A stretch of DNA of 32,000 bases, from contig CP113000.1 in the NCBI GenBank assembly GCA_026625185.1, positions 1,575,622-1,607,621 of the forward strand, written 5' to 3'. This stretch comes from Thermodesulfobacteriota bacterium (GTDB taxonomy: Bacteria > Desulfobacterota > WTBG01 > JAGOGO01). The notes below the pieces were generated by a model. That model did not search any database. It was not told where the DNA came from and saw only the letters and a program-made list of their open reading frames with translations. Both the position numbers and the translations under genes were made by a program. Below, piece by piece: positions 1 through 9,570 of the stretch; within the stretch, counting starts at the first letter, position 1; the number at the start of each line of letters is the position of its first letter.

Positions 1-594
1 TTTAGGGTTTTCAATTTGGGCAGCGTAGAAGGGGATTTCGCCTAAAAGGCACGCCCCTTCAAAATGTGCTTGTTGTGCGATTCCCAAAAATACGCCGTTT
101 AGCCCTCCGATGTGTCCAGCATGGAGAATATTAAGGTTGAGCTTTTGAAGCTGCTTGAGCATCCCGGGGGAAGTGGCGATTCCCCAGACTCCCGGCTTAA
201 CCCGATGGTCAATCGTGGATGTCAGGGCCGCGAAGGTGAAAATTTTTTTCACCCCGGCTTGTTTTGCAACGTCTAATATAAGGTTGGAAAATTGGATTTC
301 TTTTCCGGCAATGGGTTGAGCGTCGCTTAAGAAAATGAGAAGATCATTTTTTTGGTCTTTGTTTTTCCAAAAATAAAATTTGCTTTCCGGCAACCGAATG
401 TTTTCTATTAATGCATTGCGGATGGAGATCATGGGGATGGGAAAAAAATCTTGGGGTTCGATCTTCTGATATTCCTGGGCGTTTAATTCCTCCCGGAGGT
501 AATGCGCTGCCTTGAGAGCGACATTTCCCATTCCGGGCCAGGCAGCGATAAGAATCGGATTATTCAGGTGCGGGAGTTTTGTTTTTTTAATCAT
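1..594 (-). CDS. PAC2 (proteasome-assembly-chaperone-like) family protein, 3' end cut by window edge
   Basis: Open reverse frame running off the left edge, so it is absent from the ORF track. ATG is the reverse complement of CAT at 592-594. Hand translation begins MIKKTKLPHLNNPILIAAWPGMGNVALKAAHY..., which resembles the N-terminal P-[VI]-L-[IV]-A-A-x-x-G-x-x-x-x-G pattern I associate with PAC2 proteins. Confidence 0.5.
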   Translation of the reverse strand, partial: MIKKTKLPHLNNPILIAAWPGMGNVALKAAHYLREELNAQEYQKIEPQDFFPIPMISIRNALIENIRLPESKFYFWKNKDQKNDLLIFLSDAQPIAGKEIQFSNLILDVAKQAGVKKIFTFAALTSTIDHRVKPGVWGIATSPGMLKQLQKLNLNILHAGHIGGLNGVFLGIAQQAHFEGACLLGEIPFYAAQIENPK

Positions 595-971
595 GCTCAA
601 CCTTCAGGTATAAGGTTTTATTTTTTTAATAATTTTTAATAATAATTATAAACTTTTTAATTTACTATACCTCATCTCGGCGATAACCACAAAGAAGAAA
701 AAAATAACGAGTTTTTAAAACAGAGCCTTGTTTTTTATTTGACTTTTGATAGGGCAAGAGGTTAAATTGCTATTATTTTCAAAATATTAACCTATACGTT
801 CAGGAAAAAAATCAAACAAGGACTTTGGAGGAGCGTGGGTGTTTGTGATTTTCTAAAAATAAAATAGGCCGAATTGCCAATGGGTGGTGCGGCCTTTGTC
901 TTTGGACGTGAAGGGACTTGTACTAACAGGTTTACGGTTTTGATCGGCAATAAAGATTAGAAAGGAAAATT

Positions 972-1556
972 ATGAGAGAGATGAAAATAGGAGATTGGTT
1001 AAAGGAGGGCTTTGAGGCCGTAAAATCGGATGTTATCGGGTATGCCTTGCCCGCGTTAATCATTTGCGGTGTGTGTCTTACGGGAATCGGTATTCTTATC
1101 GTGGGGCCTTTGCTCTGCGGCTTTTATTATATAATCTTTCAACGAATGAAGGGACAGCGGGCTACCACCGGCGACCTGTTCAAAGGCTTTGATGTGCTTT
1201 GGGATGCTCTTTTAGCATGGGTTTTCATTTTTGCAGTAACTTTCATTGTTGGTCTTGTTCCTTTTTTGGGTATTATTTTGAGCTTACTGGCGGGCGCGCC
1301 TTTTATTTTTGTCTTTCCCCTGATTTTGGAAAGACGTCTTTCTTTTATTGACGCGATCAAAGAAAGTTTGCAGCTTTTCAAGGAACAATGGTCTGATCTA
1401 ATTCCTTTTTATGTGGTCGCGTCACTGGTTGGCGTTGCAGGGCTTTTATTAGTCGGCATAGGGGTGATCTTCACGTTCCCTATCTATGTGTACGCAACCG
1501 CCTGCCTCTATCGCGATTGGATTGGACTTGGGGCACCAACGATAAATTCGAAATAG
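972..1556 (+). CDS. multi-pass membrane protein of unknown function
   Basis: 194-aa ORF with a purine-rich AAAGGA upstream of the ATG. It has at least four long hydrophobic segments (e.g. ALPALIICGVCLTGIGILIVGPLL, LLAWVFIFAVTFIVGLVPFLGIILSLLAG, VVASLVGVAGLLLVGIGVIFTFPIYVY). No catalytic motif recognised. Confidence 0.6.
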   Translation: MREMKIGDWLKEGFEAVKSDVIGYALPALIICGVCLTGIGILIVGPLLCGFYYIIFQRMKGQRATTGDLFKGFDVLWDALLAWVFIFAVTFIVGLVPFLGIILSLLAGAPFIFVFPLILERRLSFIDAIKESLQLFKEQWSDLIPFYVVASLVGVAGLLLVGIGVIFTFPIYVYATACLYRDWIGLGAPTINSK

Positions 1557-1741
1557 CAACGAATCTCGAGCAAACACCTTAAGGTTGGTATGCGGTAACA
1601 ATTTCGCCACTTGCATTCTCTCCAAAGCGGAGATAAGTTTTTATTTTGGTTGCACGTCGTTTAACCCATTACTCCACCGGGGGTAACGTTTGATGGGCAT
1701 GATGTTAACGTCACGTATCTAAGGAGAAAGGGACGTTTACC

Positions 1742-3172
1742 ATGAAAGTTTATTGCAATTATCACCCAACCAAACCGGCACTTTGGATGTGTCCTGCCTG
1801 TAATGTTTATTATTGTGAACACTGCATTGCAAAGAATGTTTTGCAGGTTTATGGGGTGGCGAAGGACTACCATGTTTGTCCCAAGTGTAACGCCCGCGCA
1901 AAACAACTTGCGTTGGGGAATGTAATTGAGCCTTTCTGGAAAAGACTTCCTAAAATTTTTCTCTATCCTTTCCATCTTCGCTCGTTTATCTTTATTGTTG
2001 TGCTTACCCTGGTCAGTTCTTTTTTGGGACTGATACCCTTTTTCGGTTTCTGGATACGACTAATAATTTGGGGGTTGCTGGTGAAATATTCTTACGCTGC
2101 CCTCAAAGAAACCGCTTCAGGAAGACTTATACCGCCGGAGATAACTTCTGAGACATTTTCTTCAGATTCTTGGATCGCTTTAAAACAATTTGCAATGTAT
2201 GCGTTGATATTTTTAGTTTTTTGGAAAGTGGTACAGGTGGCTGGAGTGTTAATGGGGGGGCTATTCCTTGTTCTGGTGCTCCTTTTAATTCCGGCAATGA
2301 TTACGGTTCTGGTTGTTACGGAGAGTCTCATTGACGCTTGTAACCCGTGGATATTTGCCCGCATGGCCTGGAGAATCGGGTGGGGGTACCTGCTGATGTA
2401 TCTTTTTTTGATTTTTTTACTCGGTGCGCCTATAGCTTTGGCCCAGTATATTATAGTGCTTTTGCCTAAAAGTCTGCACATCTTTCTTTTTTCATTAGCC
2501 GGAAACATTTACACTCTTATTTCCTATCATTTGATGGGCTATGTTTTGCTCCAATATCATGAAGAAGTGGGGTGGGAAGTTTATCTTGAAGATTATATGC
2601 CCACAGAAAAAAAATCTTCCGAAGAAGTGGCGGCAAGCAGTCCGCTTCGGAGGGTTGATATTCTTATTCAGGACGGCCAGATTGATGAAGCAATCACATT
2701 TATAAAAAATGAAACTCAGGGCGCGATTACCGACATAAACCTGGCGGAGCGCTATTACAAACTTCTTAAGTTAAAACAGTTAACTACGGAATTTTTAGAG
2801 CACTGCAAGGTATATCTCAGTCTTCTGATTCAGGAAAATCAGGCAGAAAAAGTTTGCCAGGTTTACTCGGAATGCGTGGTCAAAGACCCAAATTTTATTC
2901 CTAACCCCGCTAACCTTTTCAAAATAGCGACCTTTCTTGATAAGGGGCGGAATCACCGGGCTGCGGTGACTGCTTTAAACCGCTTTATTAGAGCAAATCC
3001 CAAGAGTCCCTTAGTTCCCAAGGCATATTTTTTGGCGGCAAACATCATGCATGAAAAGCTCAATGCTTCTAAAAAGGCGGCTGAGGTGCTCGCTATACTG
3101 ATAAAGAAGTATCCTGCGCACGACATTGTCAGCCATGCGGAGGATTATCTAAAAAGAATAAGCGTGAATTAG
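1742..3172 (+). CDS. membrane protein with N-terminal B-box/zinc-ribbon-like Cys-His cluster, central multi-TM block and C-terminal TPR-like repeats
   Basis: 476 aa. The N-terminus reads C5-x2-H-x8-C-x2-C-x4-C-x2-C...C46-x2-C49. About six hydrophobic helices span aa ~75-265. The C-terminal ~170 aa is a helical repeat (e.g. AYFLAANIMHEKLNASKKAAEVLAILIKKYP). AAGGAG lies upstream of the ATG. Confidence 0.65.
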   Translation: MKVYCNYHPTKPALWMCPACNVYYCEHCIAKNVLQVYGVAKDYHVCPKCNARAKQLALGNVIEPFWKRLPKIFLYPFHLRSFIFIVVLTLVSSFLGLIPFFGFWIRLIIWGLLVKYSYAALKETASGRLIPPEITSETFSSDSWIALKQFAMYALIFLVFWKVVQVAGVLMGGLFLVLVLLLIPAMITVLVVTESLIDACNPWIFARMAWRIGWGYLLMYLFLIFLLGAPIALAQYIIVLLPKSLHIFLFSLAGNIYTLISYHLMGYVLLQYHEEVGWEVYLEDYMPTEKKSSEEVAASSPLRRVDILIQDGQIDEAITFIKNETQGAITDINLAERYYKLLKLKQLTTEFLEHCKVYLSLLIQENQAEKVCQVYSECVVKDPNFIPNPANLFKIATFLDKGRNHRAAVTALNRFIRANPKSPLVPKAYFLAANIMHEKLNASKKAAEVLAILIKKYPAHDIVSHAEDYLKRISVN

Positions 3173-3297
3173 TCACGGAAAACGAAGCTGGGGGAGTAAG
3201 GTTAGGTTGAATCGAAAAAATGAAGAGTAAAAAACGGGAAAATATTTTTGGGTTGTAAAAAATGATGTGGACAAAAAATTTTCCGTATGGCCTCCAA

Positions 3298-3606
3298 CTA
3301 TCGTGATGAGTCCAGTAAATCTTTAGCGATCTTTGATTCATGTGCTTCAGGATATTCCTCAGAAATAATCTGAAGGAATTTTTTCCCTTTATCCAATAAA
3401 CCCTTTTTTAAATAAGCGCGCGCCAGTTTAAGCAGAGCGGCAGGAAGCTTGGGATGATTCGGCTGATTACGGAAAAGCGAGGCCATGATCGGCTCGGCTT
3501 CTTCCAGGTATCCGGATTCGCAGAAGGCAAACACAATAGAAAAAAGTAGGCTGGGGGTGAACCGGGGCGGCTTGGCAATTTGGCGGTATTGTTTAAAAAT
3601 ATCACA
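3298..3606 (-). pseudogene. detached TPR tail of the rhomboid gene, same frame, downstream of in-frame TAA
   Basis: Same reverse frame as 3607..4776. Hand translation across the TAA (3607-3609) gives ...TSEDHHL*CDIFKQYRQIAKPPRFTPSLLFSIVFAFCESGYLEEAEPIMASLFRNQPNHPKLPAALLKLARAYLKKGLLDKGKKFLQIISEEYP..., with no further stop. The track ORF (3298..3534) starts on GTG and has no Shine-Dalgarno sequence upstream. Confidence 0.6.
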
Positions 3607-4776
3607 TTAGAGGTGATGATCCTCACTGGTGCGAGTAAAAAGGTTAAGAAGCGTGGCTGCGGTTTCGTGCAAGTGGTTGTGTTGCGGATCTAACTTATCA
3701 ATGTTAAAAAGCTGAAGCAGGGCTTTCCGGTTATGTGGTTCTATCTTTAATACCTCCTCCACCAGAGGCCTGGCTTTATGGGTATCGAGTTTTGACATTA
3801 ACTGGTAGGCATTTTCAAGCAGACCGGGTATTTTTTCTTTAGGATCCTCCTCAAAAGCCTTCTCATCCACGCGCCCGAGAAATCTCCGATTCCCATAACC
3901 TAACAACGCGCCGCCAACAAGGCCGCCGATGTGAGCCACATAAGCGACATTGCTGACCCCTCCGGAAAATAATTGAAAGACTTCATTCCCGATCCAAAGA
4001 GGGAGGAGAATAATAGCGGAGACCGTGGTGTAGTTAAAGTAAAATCCTAAGGAATAAAAGATTTTAATTTTTCTTTTTCCGTATAACACGGTAAGGGCGC
4101 CCATAAGCCCAGCGATCGCGCCGGATGCGCCTATGAGGGGAACAGAGCTTTTTATATAGGCCGCAGAAAACAACCCGTCAGCGCAAACACCACTGAGCAG
4201 GTAAAGCGCCAAATAAAAAATTCTGCCGCAGCCTAATTCGAGTATGCATCCTGACAACCAAAGAAAGATCATGTTTCCGAGGAGATGCATAAAACTGCCG
4301 TGTAAAAACATCGAGGTAAAAATGTTAAGAATATGCGGGTGTTCGGGTACGAATCCATAGCGCCAGGAAACTACCTGTAATAGTAATTCATCATGCTTGG
4401 CTCTAAGTTTTTTCCATTCCGCATACTCTTCATCCTGAGGCGTGATAATCTTATCTTGGCGCAACGAGCGCATAAAATCATCATCCTTCATCATGCGAGG
4501 AAAATATTCTTCAATGGTTTTTTCGTCCACGTCAGTTGATTCATTAGCTCCGACATTACCTTTATCACCCTCCTTAAGCTTCGCATATGCTATATAGCGC
4601 GTGACCTCGATCCCGGCTAATCCGGATTTGAAGTAGTATTCAAATGCCTCTTGATGTTTTTTTGCATCTCCTCCTTGGATGATAAAATACACGAGGGTAT
4701 TAATTACAATAATGGCAATGGTAATGAGAGGAGGATTTTTTTTGCTGATTTTTCCTGAAAGAGGGATTATAAGCAT
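3607..4776 (-). CDS. rhomboid-family intramembrane serine protease with C-terminal helical-repeat region
   Basis: 389 aa. Rhomboid signatures are present: FLHGSFMHLLGNM (H..xxN region), GASGAIAGLMGA (GxSG catalytic Ser) and AHIGGLVGGALLG (catalytic His plus GxxxG). It has multiple TM helices and a soluble TPR-like tail beginning around aa 300. Confidence 0.85.
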   Translation of the reverse strand: MLIIPLSGKISKKNPPLITIAIIVINTLVYFIIQGGDAKKHQEAFEYYFKSGLAGIEVTRYIAYAKLKEGDKGNVGANESTDVDEKTIEEYFPRMMKDDDFMRSLRQDKIITPQDEEYAEWKKLRAKHDELLLQVVSWRYGFVPEHPHILNIFTSMFLHGSFMHLLGNMIFLWLSGCILELGCGRIFYLALYLLSGVCADGLFSAAYIKSSVPLIGASGAIAGLMGALTVLYGKRKIKIFYSLGFYFNYTTVSAIILLPLWIGNEVFQLFSGGVSNVAYVAHIGGLVGGALLGYGNRRFLGRVDEKAFEEDPKEKIPGLLENAYQLMSKLDTHKARPLVEEVLKIEPHNRKALLQLFNIDKLDPQHNHLHETAATLLNLFTRTSEDHHL

Positions 4777-5024
4777 GGTACCAAAAGCCTAAGGGTTTCC
4801 TTTATCAGTCTGTTCACGTCTTTCCTATTAAAATTTAATAATTTTAATTTGTTAAGATTAAATTGTCTACCTTGTTTTTTTATTTCCCAAAATTTCTTAA
4901 AGTTGTTCGGCAAAATAAAAATTTGAGTTGCATTATCAAAACAAATTTGCTAATATATTAAAATAAAATATTAATTGTTCGATCATTATATGATAAATTA
5001 GTTGCAAATTTACTACTTGGGAGA

Positions 5025-6389
5025 GTGACTATGAGTCCCGTAAGTGACAAAGAGACCATTTATAGCATCATCAGGGGATTAGCGCTGCCTTTTTTTGTGG
5101 TTGATCATGATAATAAAATTATTTTTTTTAATGAGCCTCTTGAAGAGCTAACCGGCTATAGTGAGCAAGAAGTGCTGGGAAAGCCCTGCCATGAAATTCT
5201 TCGCTCCGATATTTGTAAAGACCATTGTCCCGTGAAGGAGACTATGGCCACCGGGAGGGATGCGGTGAACCTGGAGATGACGATTCAAAGAAAAAATAAT
5301 CTTCCTATTCCCGTCAGGATAACCACCTCAGTCATAAGAGATAAAGAAGGAAAAGTCATCGGTGGCCTGGAGAGCTTTCGTGATATCTCTTTTCTCAAGT
5401 CTCTTCGCAAAGAGATTCGGGAAAAATGCACGTATCATAAGATTGTGAGCAGAAATAAAAAAATATTAGAAATATTGGATGACCTCACCGATATTGCGAC
5501 CAGTAACGCAACCGTACTTATCCAAGGTGAGAGCGGAACGGGAAAAGAACTTTTTGCTAATGCCCTCCATGAATTAAGCCCCCGCAAGGATAAGCCTTTT
5601 ATCAAAGTCAATTGTGGTGCCTTGCCTGAGACACTCTTAGAGTCAGAGCTTTTTGGTTATAAACGGGGGGCGTTTACGGACGCCAAAAAAGACAAACCGG
5701 GCCGTTTTCAGTTAGCGGAAGGAGGGACCATCTTCCTTGATGAGATTGGAGAGATTTCCAAAAATATCCAAGTAAAGCTTTTGAGAGTCTTAGAGAAAAA
5801 AGAATACGAGCCGCTCGGGAGCGTGCAAACTGAGAAGGCCAATGTCCGCATTATTGTCGCCACCAACCGAAATCTTCGGGCCTTAGAACAAAGTGGAGAC
5901 TTTCGCGAAGACCTTTACTACCGTTTGAATGTTATCACGCTCAATATCCCACCCCTGCGAGAACGTAAGGAAGACATCCCTCTTTTGATTGAGCATTTTA
6001 TGGAGAGCTTTAATCAGACGGTGTATGGAAAAATAAATGGGATTACCACTCAGGCCATGAAGCTTCTGTTAAACCATGGTTACCCGGGGAATGTTCGGGA
6101 GCTGGAAAATATTATTGAACACGCCTTTATTCTCTGTCGGGAAAATTACATTGCCCCAAAACACCTTCCCGACTGCCTCACTGACCGATTTCCTAGCCCG
6201 GCGGTAAAAGGCAAGAAACTGGAGGAATTGGTTGACAACTTTGAAAAACAACTGATTGAAGAAACGTTAAAACAATACGGGGGTAACATAGAACGGATAG
6301 CAGAGGAGCTGGGGGTGCACCGTTCCACTTTATGGCGCAAGATGAAGAAAAATAATATTAAACATTCAATCGTTGAGGGCCTGGGATAG
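5025..6389 (+). CDS. sigma-54-dependent Fis-family transcriptional activator with N-terminal PAS domain
   Basis: The AAA+ sigma-54 interaction domain has GESGTGKE (Walker A), GAFTDA (a GAFTGA-loop variant), ESELFGY and GGTIFLDEIGE (Walker B). The C-terminal Fis-type HTH reads IAEELGVHRSTLWRKMKK. The N-terminal PAS-like domain carries C-x8-C-x3-C. ATG 5031 is the more likely start, with GGGAGAG 5 nt upstream. Confidence 0.9.
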   Translation: MTMSPVSDKETIYSIIRGLALPFFVVDHDNKIIFFNEPLEELTGYSEQEVLGKPCHEILRSDICKDHCPVKETMATGRDAVNLEMTIQRKNNLPIPVRITTSVIRDKEGKVIGGLESFRDISFLKSLRKEIREKCTYHKIVSRNKKILEILDDLTDIATSNATVLIQGESGTGKELFANALHELSPRKDKPFIKVNCGALPETLLESELFGYKRGAFTDAKKDKPGRFQLAEGGTIFLDEIGEISKNIQVKLLRVLEKKEYEPLGSVQTEKANVRIIVATNRNLRALEQSGDFREDLYYRLNVITLNIPPLRERKEDIPLLIEHFMESFNQTVYGKINGITTQAMKLLLNHGYPGNVRELENIIEHAFILCRENYIAPKHLPDCLTDRFPSPAVKGKKLEELVDNFEKQLIEETLKQYGGNIERIAEELGVHRSTLWRKMKKNNIKHSIVEGLG

Positions 6390-7187
6390 TTCGCGGGAGC
6401 GTTCGGAAGCCGCCACGACCGCGTTGATTAAGGCGCCTCTTATCCCGTTCTCCTCTAATACATGGAGGCCTGCGATCGTTGTTCCTCCCGGGGACGTGAC
6501 TAAGTCCTTTAACTTGCTGGGATGGTCTCCGGTTTCTAAAACCATCCGTCCTGAGCCAATAATAGTCTGGAGCACCAGAGATTGGGCAACATCACGGGGC
6601 AGTCCCATTTGCACCCCTCCATCAGTTAAAGCTTCGATGATTAAAAATATATAGGCCGGCCCGCTCCCGCTCAAGCCGGTAACCGCGTCCATATGCGTTT
6701 CAGGGATTATCAGGGTAGTCCCGACTGCCGCAAAAAGTTCGCGGGCAACCCGAATATCATTTGGAGTTGCTCTGCCTCCTCCGCAAAGAGCAATTGCGCC
6801 TTCACCAATCTGGCTTGGGGTATTGGGCATAGTCCGCACAATTCGTTTATCTTTTCCTATTTGAGAAGCAATAAAAGCAATGGTGATTCCCGCAACAATA
6901 GAAATGATTACCTGCTTTGAAGTAACCGCGCCGGCTATTTCCTGCAAGACCCCTTTTATAATCTGAGGCTTTACCGCCAAAATAATGATTTCCCCAAAGC
7001 GGGCTGCCGCTTTGTTATCCGAGGTTACCAGAATACGATATTTTTGGGAAAGAAACCGTGTTCGTTCCCCTCTCGGTTCAGAAACGAGGAGCTGTTTGGG
7101 GGCGATAATTTTCCTTTTGAGAAGCCCTCGCAGCATCGCCTCCGCCATATTTCCTCCCCCGATAAAACTAATTTTTTTCCCTTTCAT
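6366..7187 (-). CDS. proC: pyrroline-5-carboxylate reductase
   Basis: 273 aa with an N-terminal Rossmann motif ISFIGGGNMAEAM and a C-terminal P5CR signature VTSPGGTTIAGL. AAGGAGGA RBS is present. The start lies 21 nt downstream of the helicase stop on the same strand, so the two are probably in one operon. The 3' end overlaps the convergent activator gene by 24 nt. Confidence 0.9.
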   Translation of the reverse strand: MKGKKISFIGGGNMAEAMLRGLLKRKIIAPKQLLVSEPRGERTRFLSQKYRILVTSDNKAAARFGEIIILAVKPQIIKGVLQEIAGAVTSKQVIISIVAGITIAFIASQIGKDKRIVRTMPNTPSQIGEGAIALCGGGRATPNDIRVARELFAAVGTTLIIPETHMDAVTGLSGSGPAYIFLIIEALTDGGVQMGLPRDVAQSLVLQTIIGSGRMVLETGDHPSKLKDLVTSPGGTTIAGLHVLEENGIRGALINAVVAASERSRELSQALND

Positions 7188-7208
7188 AACAGCATAATCC
7201 TCCTTTAC

Positions 7209-9203
7209 TTAATATGAATAATCAAGTTCTTCTGTGAGTGCCCAATTTTCAAACAATTCGGAAGGGATTTCACGAACGAAACGGGAAGGTTTGGAAAAGA
7301 CCTTCCCGCTCACTCGGTCATAGATATTTACCGGGTAGGTGATAAAAAGATTTTCCTTTGCTCGGGTAGCGGCAACATACATCAGCCTCCGTTCCTCCTC
7401 CATTTCTTCTTCACTGTTAAAAGCGTAGCTGGAGGGAAATTTTCCTTCCAAAGCCCAGATGATAAAAACCGTGTTCCACTCTAATCCTTTGGCTGAATGG
7501 ATCGTGGAAAGCACCAGCCGTTCATCATCAGAATCCGGCGCGGCAACTCCGGCCACGCTTTCATTTGGCGGCTCCAACGCAAGATCACTGAGGAAATGTT
7601 CCAGAGTAGAATAACGGGCAGTGATGTTCTGAAGGTGTTCCAAGTCCTTGAGACGCTTGGGGTAGTCATCGTATTTATTTTTAAGGATCGGTTCATAATA
7701 GCGACAGGTGAGGTTAATCTGGTCCGGGATGGTGAGCCCCTTTCGCGTTAACGTGGTTAAAAGCTCGTGGAGCTGCCTGATCCCCTCGGTGAATTTCGCT
7801 TTTTCAGGGTAGCTCGTGAGGTCTTCAGGCTCCTTGCGGTTTTTTATGATCCACTCAATGATATTATGGCTGGTGCGAGGACCGATTTTCCCTATCAGCA
7901 TGAGGACTCGGTGCCAGCTGATCGCATCTCGCGGATTGATGAGAAGTCGAAGGTGAGCCAGGACGTCTTTCACATGTGCGGTTTCGATAAATTTGAATCC
8001 ACCGAATTTGACATAAGGTATGTTGCGTCGGGCCAATTCAATCTCCAAATCGAAGGTGTGGAAGGCGGCCCGGCACAGAATAGCGATCTCATCGAGGGGA
8101 ACACCCTCCTCTCTTATTTCCAGCACCTTCTGGCAAATAAAGCGGGACTGGTAGTTTTCATTTTCAGCGGCAATAAGGATTGGGAGCGCGCCCTTAGTTT
8201 TTTTGGTAAAGAGATGCTTGGTGTATTTTTCCTTGGCGTTAATAATGATTTCATTGGTCAGATCAAGGATGGGCTGGGTGGAGCGATAGTTCTCTTCGAG
8301 GGTGATAATGCGAGTGCCGGAAAATCGTTTTGGGAAGTCCATAATGTTCCGGAAATTAGCGCCGCGAAAGGAGTAAATACTTTGAGAGTCATCTCCCACC
8401 ACCATGACATTGTTATGCTCCGAAGCTATAAACTGAATGATCTCGGACTGCAGCCGGTTGGTATCCTGGTACTCGTCTACCATGAGAAAGCGGAATTTCC
8501 GGGAAATTTCGGCGCGAACGTCCGGATGATTTTCCAGGATGGTTCGAAAGTTTACGAGAAGGTCATCGTAATCCATGAGCTGGTTTTGCTCTTTATATTT
8601 TTTATAAAGTTCTTGCAGGCCTAACAGTTCTTGCAACTCTTCGTAAAAGTGAAAATATTCTTGCTCCATGATGTGCGAGATAGGCTCCATTTTATTGACC
8701 GACTTGCTGAAGATTTCAGCAATGGTGTTTTTCCGGGGGAACCGGCGGCTTTTTTCACTCAAGCCCATCTGGGTTCTCAGAAGGTTTATGATGTCCTCAG
8801 CATCCGAGCGGTCTAAAATCGTAAAGGCGGACGAATATCCGATTAAGGGAGCATATCTTCTCAATAATGAGTTGGCCACCGCATGAAAAGTTCCTCCGTG
8901 GACCCGCTCGCATCGGTCATCAATCATCATGCTGGCACGGCGGAGCATCTCCTGGGCGGCCTTGCGGGTAAAGGTAAGAAGAAGAATATTTTCCGGGGGA
9001 ACACCTGATTCAACCAGGCGTGCTACCCGGTACACTAACGTGCGGGTTTTCCCGCTCCCGGCTCCGGCAATGACGAGGACCGGACCATCCAGAATGGTTG
9101 CGGCTTCTAACTGAGCAGGATTGAGCTCCTTTTCGTAGTCGATCTGAAAAGATTTTTTAACCAACGGTATGGTTTCTTTCAATAAATACTGTTTCATGAG
9201 CAT
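7209..9203 (-). CDS. UvrD/PcrA/Rep-family SF1 ATP-dependent DNA helicase
   Basis: 664 aa with SF1 motifs AGAGSGKT, LLLTFTRKAA, FLMVDEYQDTN, VVGDDSQSIYSFRGA, ENYRS, TIHSAKGLEW and YVAATRAK. Confidence 0.9.
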   Translation of the reverse strand: MLMKQYLLKETIPLVKKSFQIDYEKELNPAQLEAATILDGPVLVIAGAGSGKTRTLVYRVARLVESGVPPENILLLTFTRKAAQEMLRRASMMIDDRCERVHGGTFHAVANSLLRRYAPLIGYSSAFTILDRSDAEDIINLLRTQMGLSEKSRRFPRKNTIAEIFSKSVNKMEPISHIMEQEYFHFYEELQELLGLQELYKKYKEQNQLMDYDDLLVNFRTILENHPDVRAEISRKFRFLMVDEYQDTNRLQSEIIQFIASEHNNVMVVGDDSQSIYSFRGANFRNIMDFPKRFSGTRIITLEENYRSTQPILDLTNEIIINAKEKYTKHLFTKKTKGALPILIAAENENYQSRFICQKVLEIREEGVPLDEIAILCRAAFHTFDLEIELARRNIPYVKFGGFKFIETAHVKDVLAHLRLLINPRDAISWHRVLMLIGKIGPRTSHNIIEWIIKNRKEPEDLTSYPEKAKFTEGIRQLHELLTTLTRKGLTIPDQINLTCRYYEPILKNKYDDYPKRLKDLEHLQNITARYSTLEHFLSDLALEPPNESVAGVAAPDSDDERLVLSTIHSAKGLEWNTVFIIWALEGKFPSSYAFNSEEEMEEERRLMYVAATRAKENLFITYPVNIYDRVSGKVFSKPSRFVREIPSELFENWALTEELDYSY

Positions 9204-9249
9204 GTTATAGCTTATCGCCTTTAGTTTTTCAAGGAAATGTAATTATCAA

Positions 9250-9290
9250 TTCCCTCTTTTAAAAAGAGGGGGGTCAGGGGGAGTTCCCAT
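9250..9290. repeat. GC-rich hairpin repeat (CCCTC-loop-GAGGG followed by a G-run)
   Basis: CCCTCTTTTAAAAAGAGGG forms a hairpin at 9252-9270 and is followed by GGGTCAGGGGGAG. A related CCTCT...AGAGG unit recurs at 16553-16565. Confidence 0.5.
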
Positions 9291-9475
9291 TGACCTTCTC
9301 GATTACACGAATCCCTAAAAAAACTAAATTTTATCTCTTCTATTCTTAAAAAAAAATTCAAACTCCGGAGAAAGTGCACCTCGTTTCCTACATTTTTTTG
9401 CCGGTCAATAGGTTGCGAAATTTAAATATTAAACATACTCCGTTAGTGAATCTAACACTTGTTTACATAAATTCC

Positions 9476-9570
9476 GGGGCCGTTATTCCCGTCCCCGCCT
9501 TCGCGGGGATAAACTCCAGCGGGAATCCAGCTTATGATACTGGATTCCGGGTCAAGCCCGGAATGACAAA
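9476..9570. repeat. REP-like composite palindromic element with nested, overlapping hairpins
   Basis: Three hairpins are present: CCCCGC-cttc-GCGGGG (9493-9508), GGAATCCAG-N9-CTGGATTCC (within 9520-9550) and TTCCGGG-tcaag-CCCGGAA (9545-9563). Track ORF 9374..9721 translates through it (..IPVPAFAGI..GFRVKPGMT..). That peptide is typical of spurious ORFs predicted over this widespread repeat type. Confidence 0.6.

Noticed and set aside
7767-8624. 285-aa plus-strand ORF, plus several shorter ones at 7497-9114
   Set aside because: It lies entirely antisense to the helicase gene, whose minus-strand frame carries every SF1 motif. The antisense product has no RBS and no recognisable motif, and its composition is typical of shadow ORFs.
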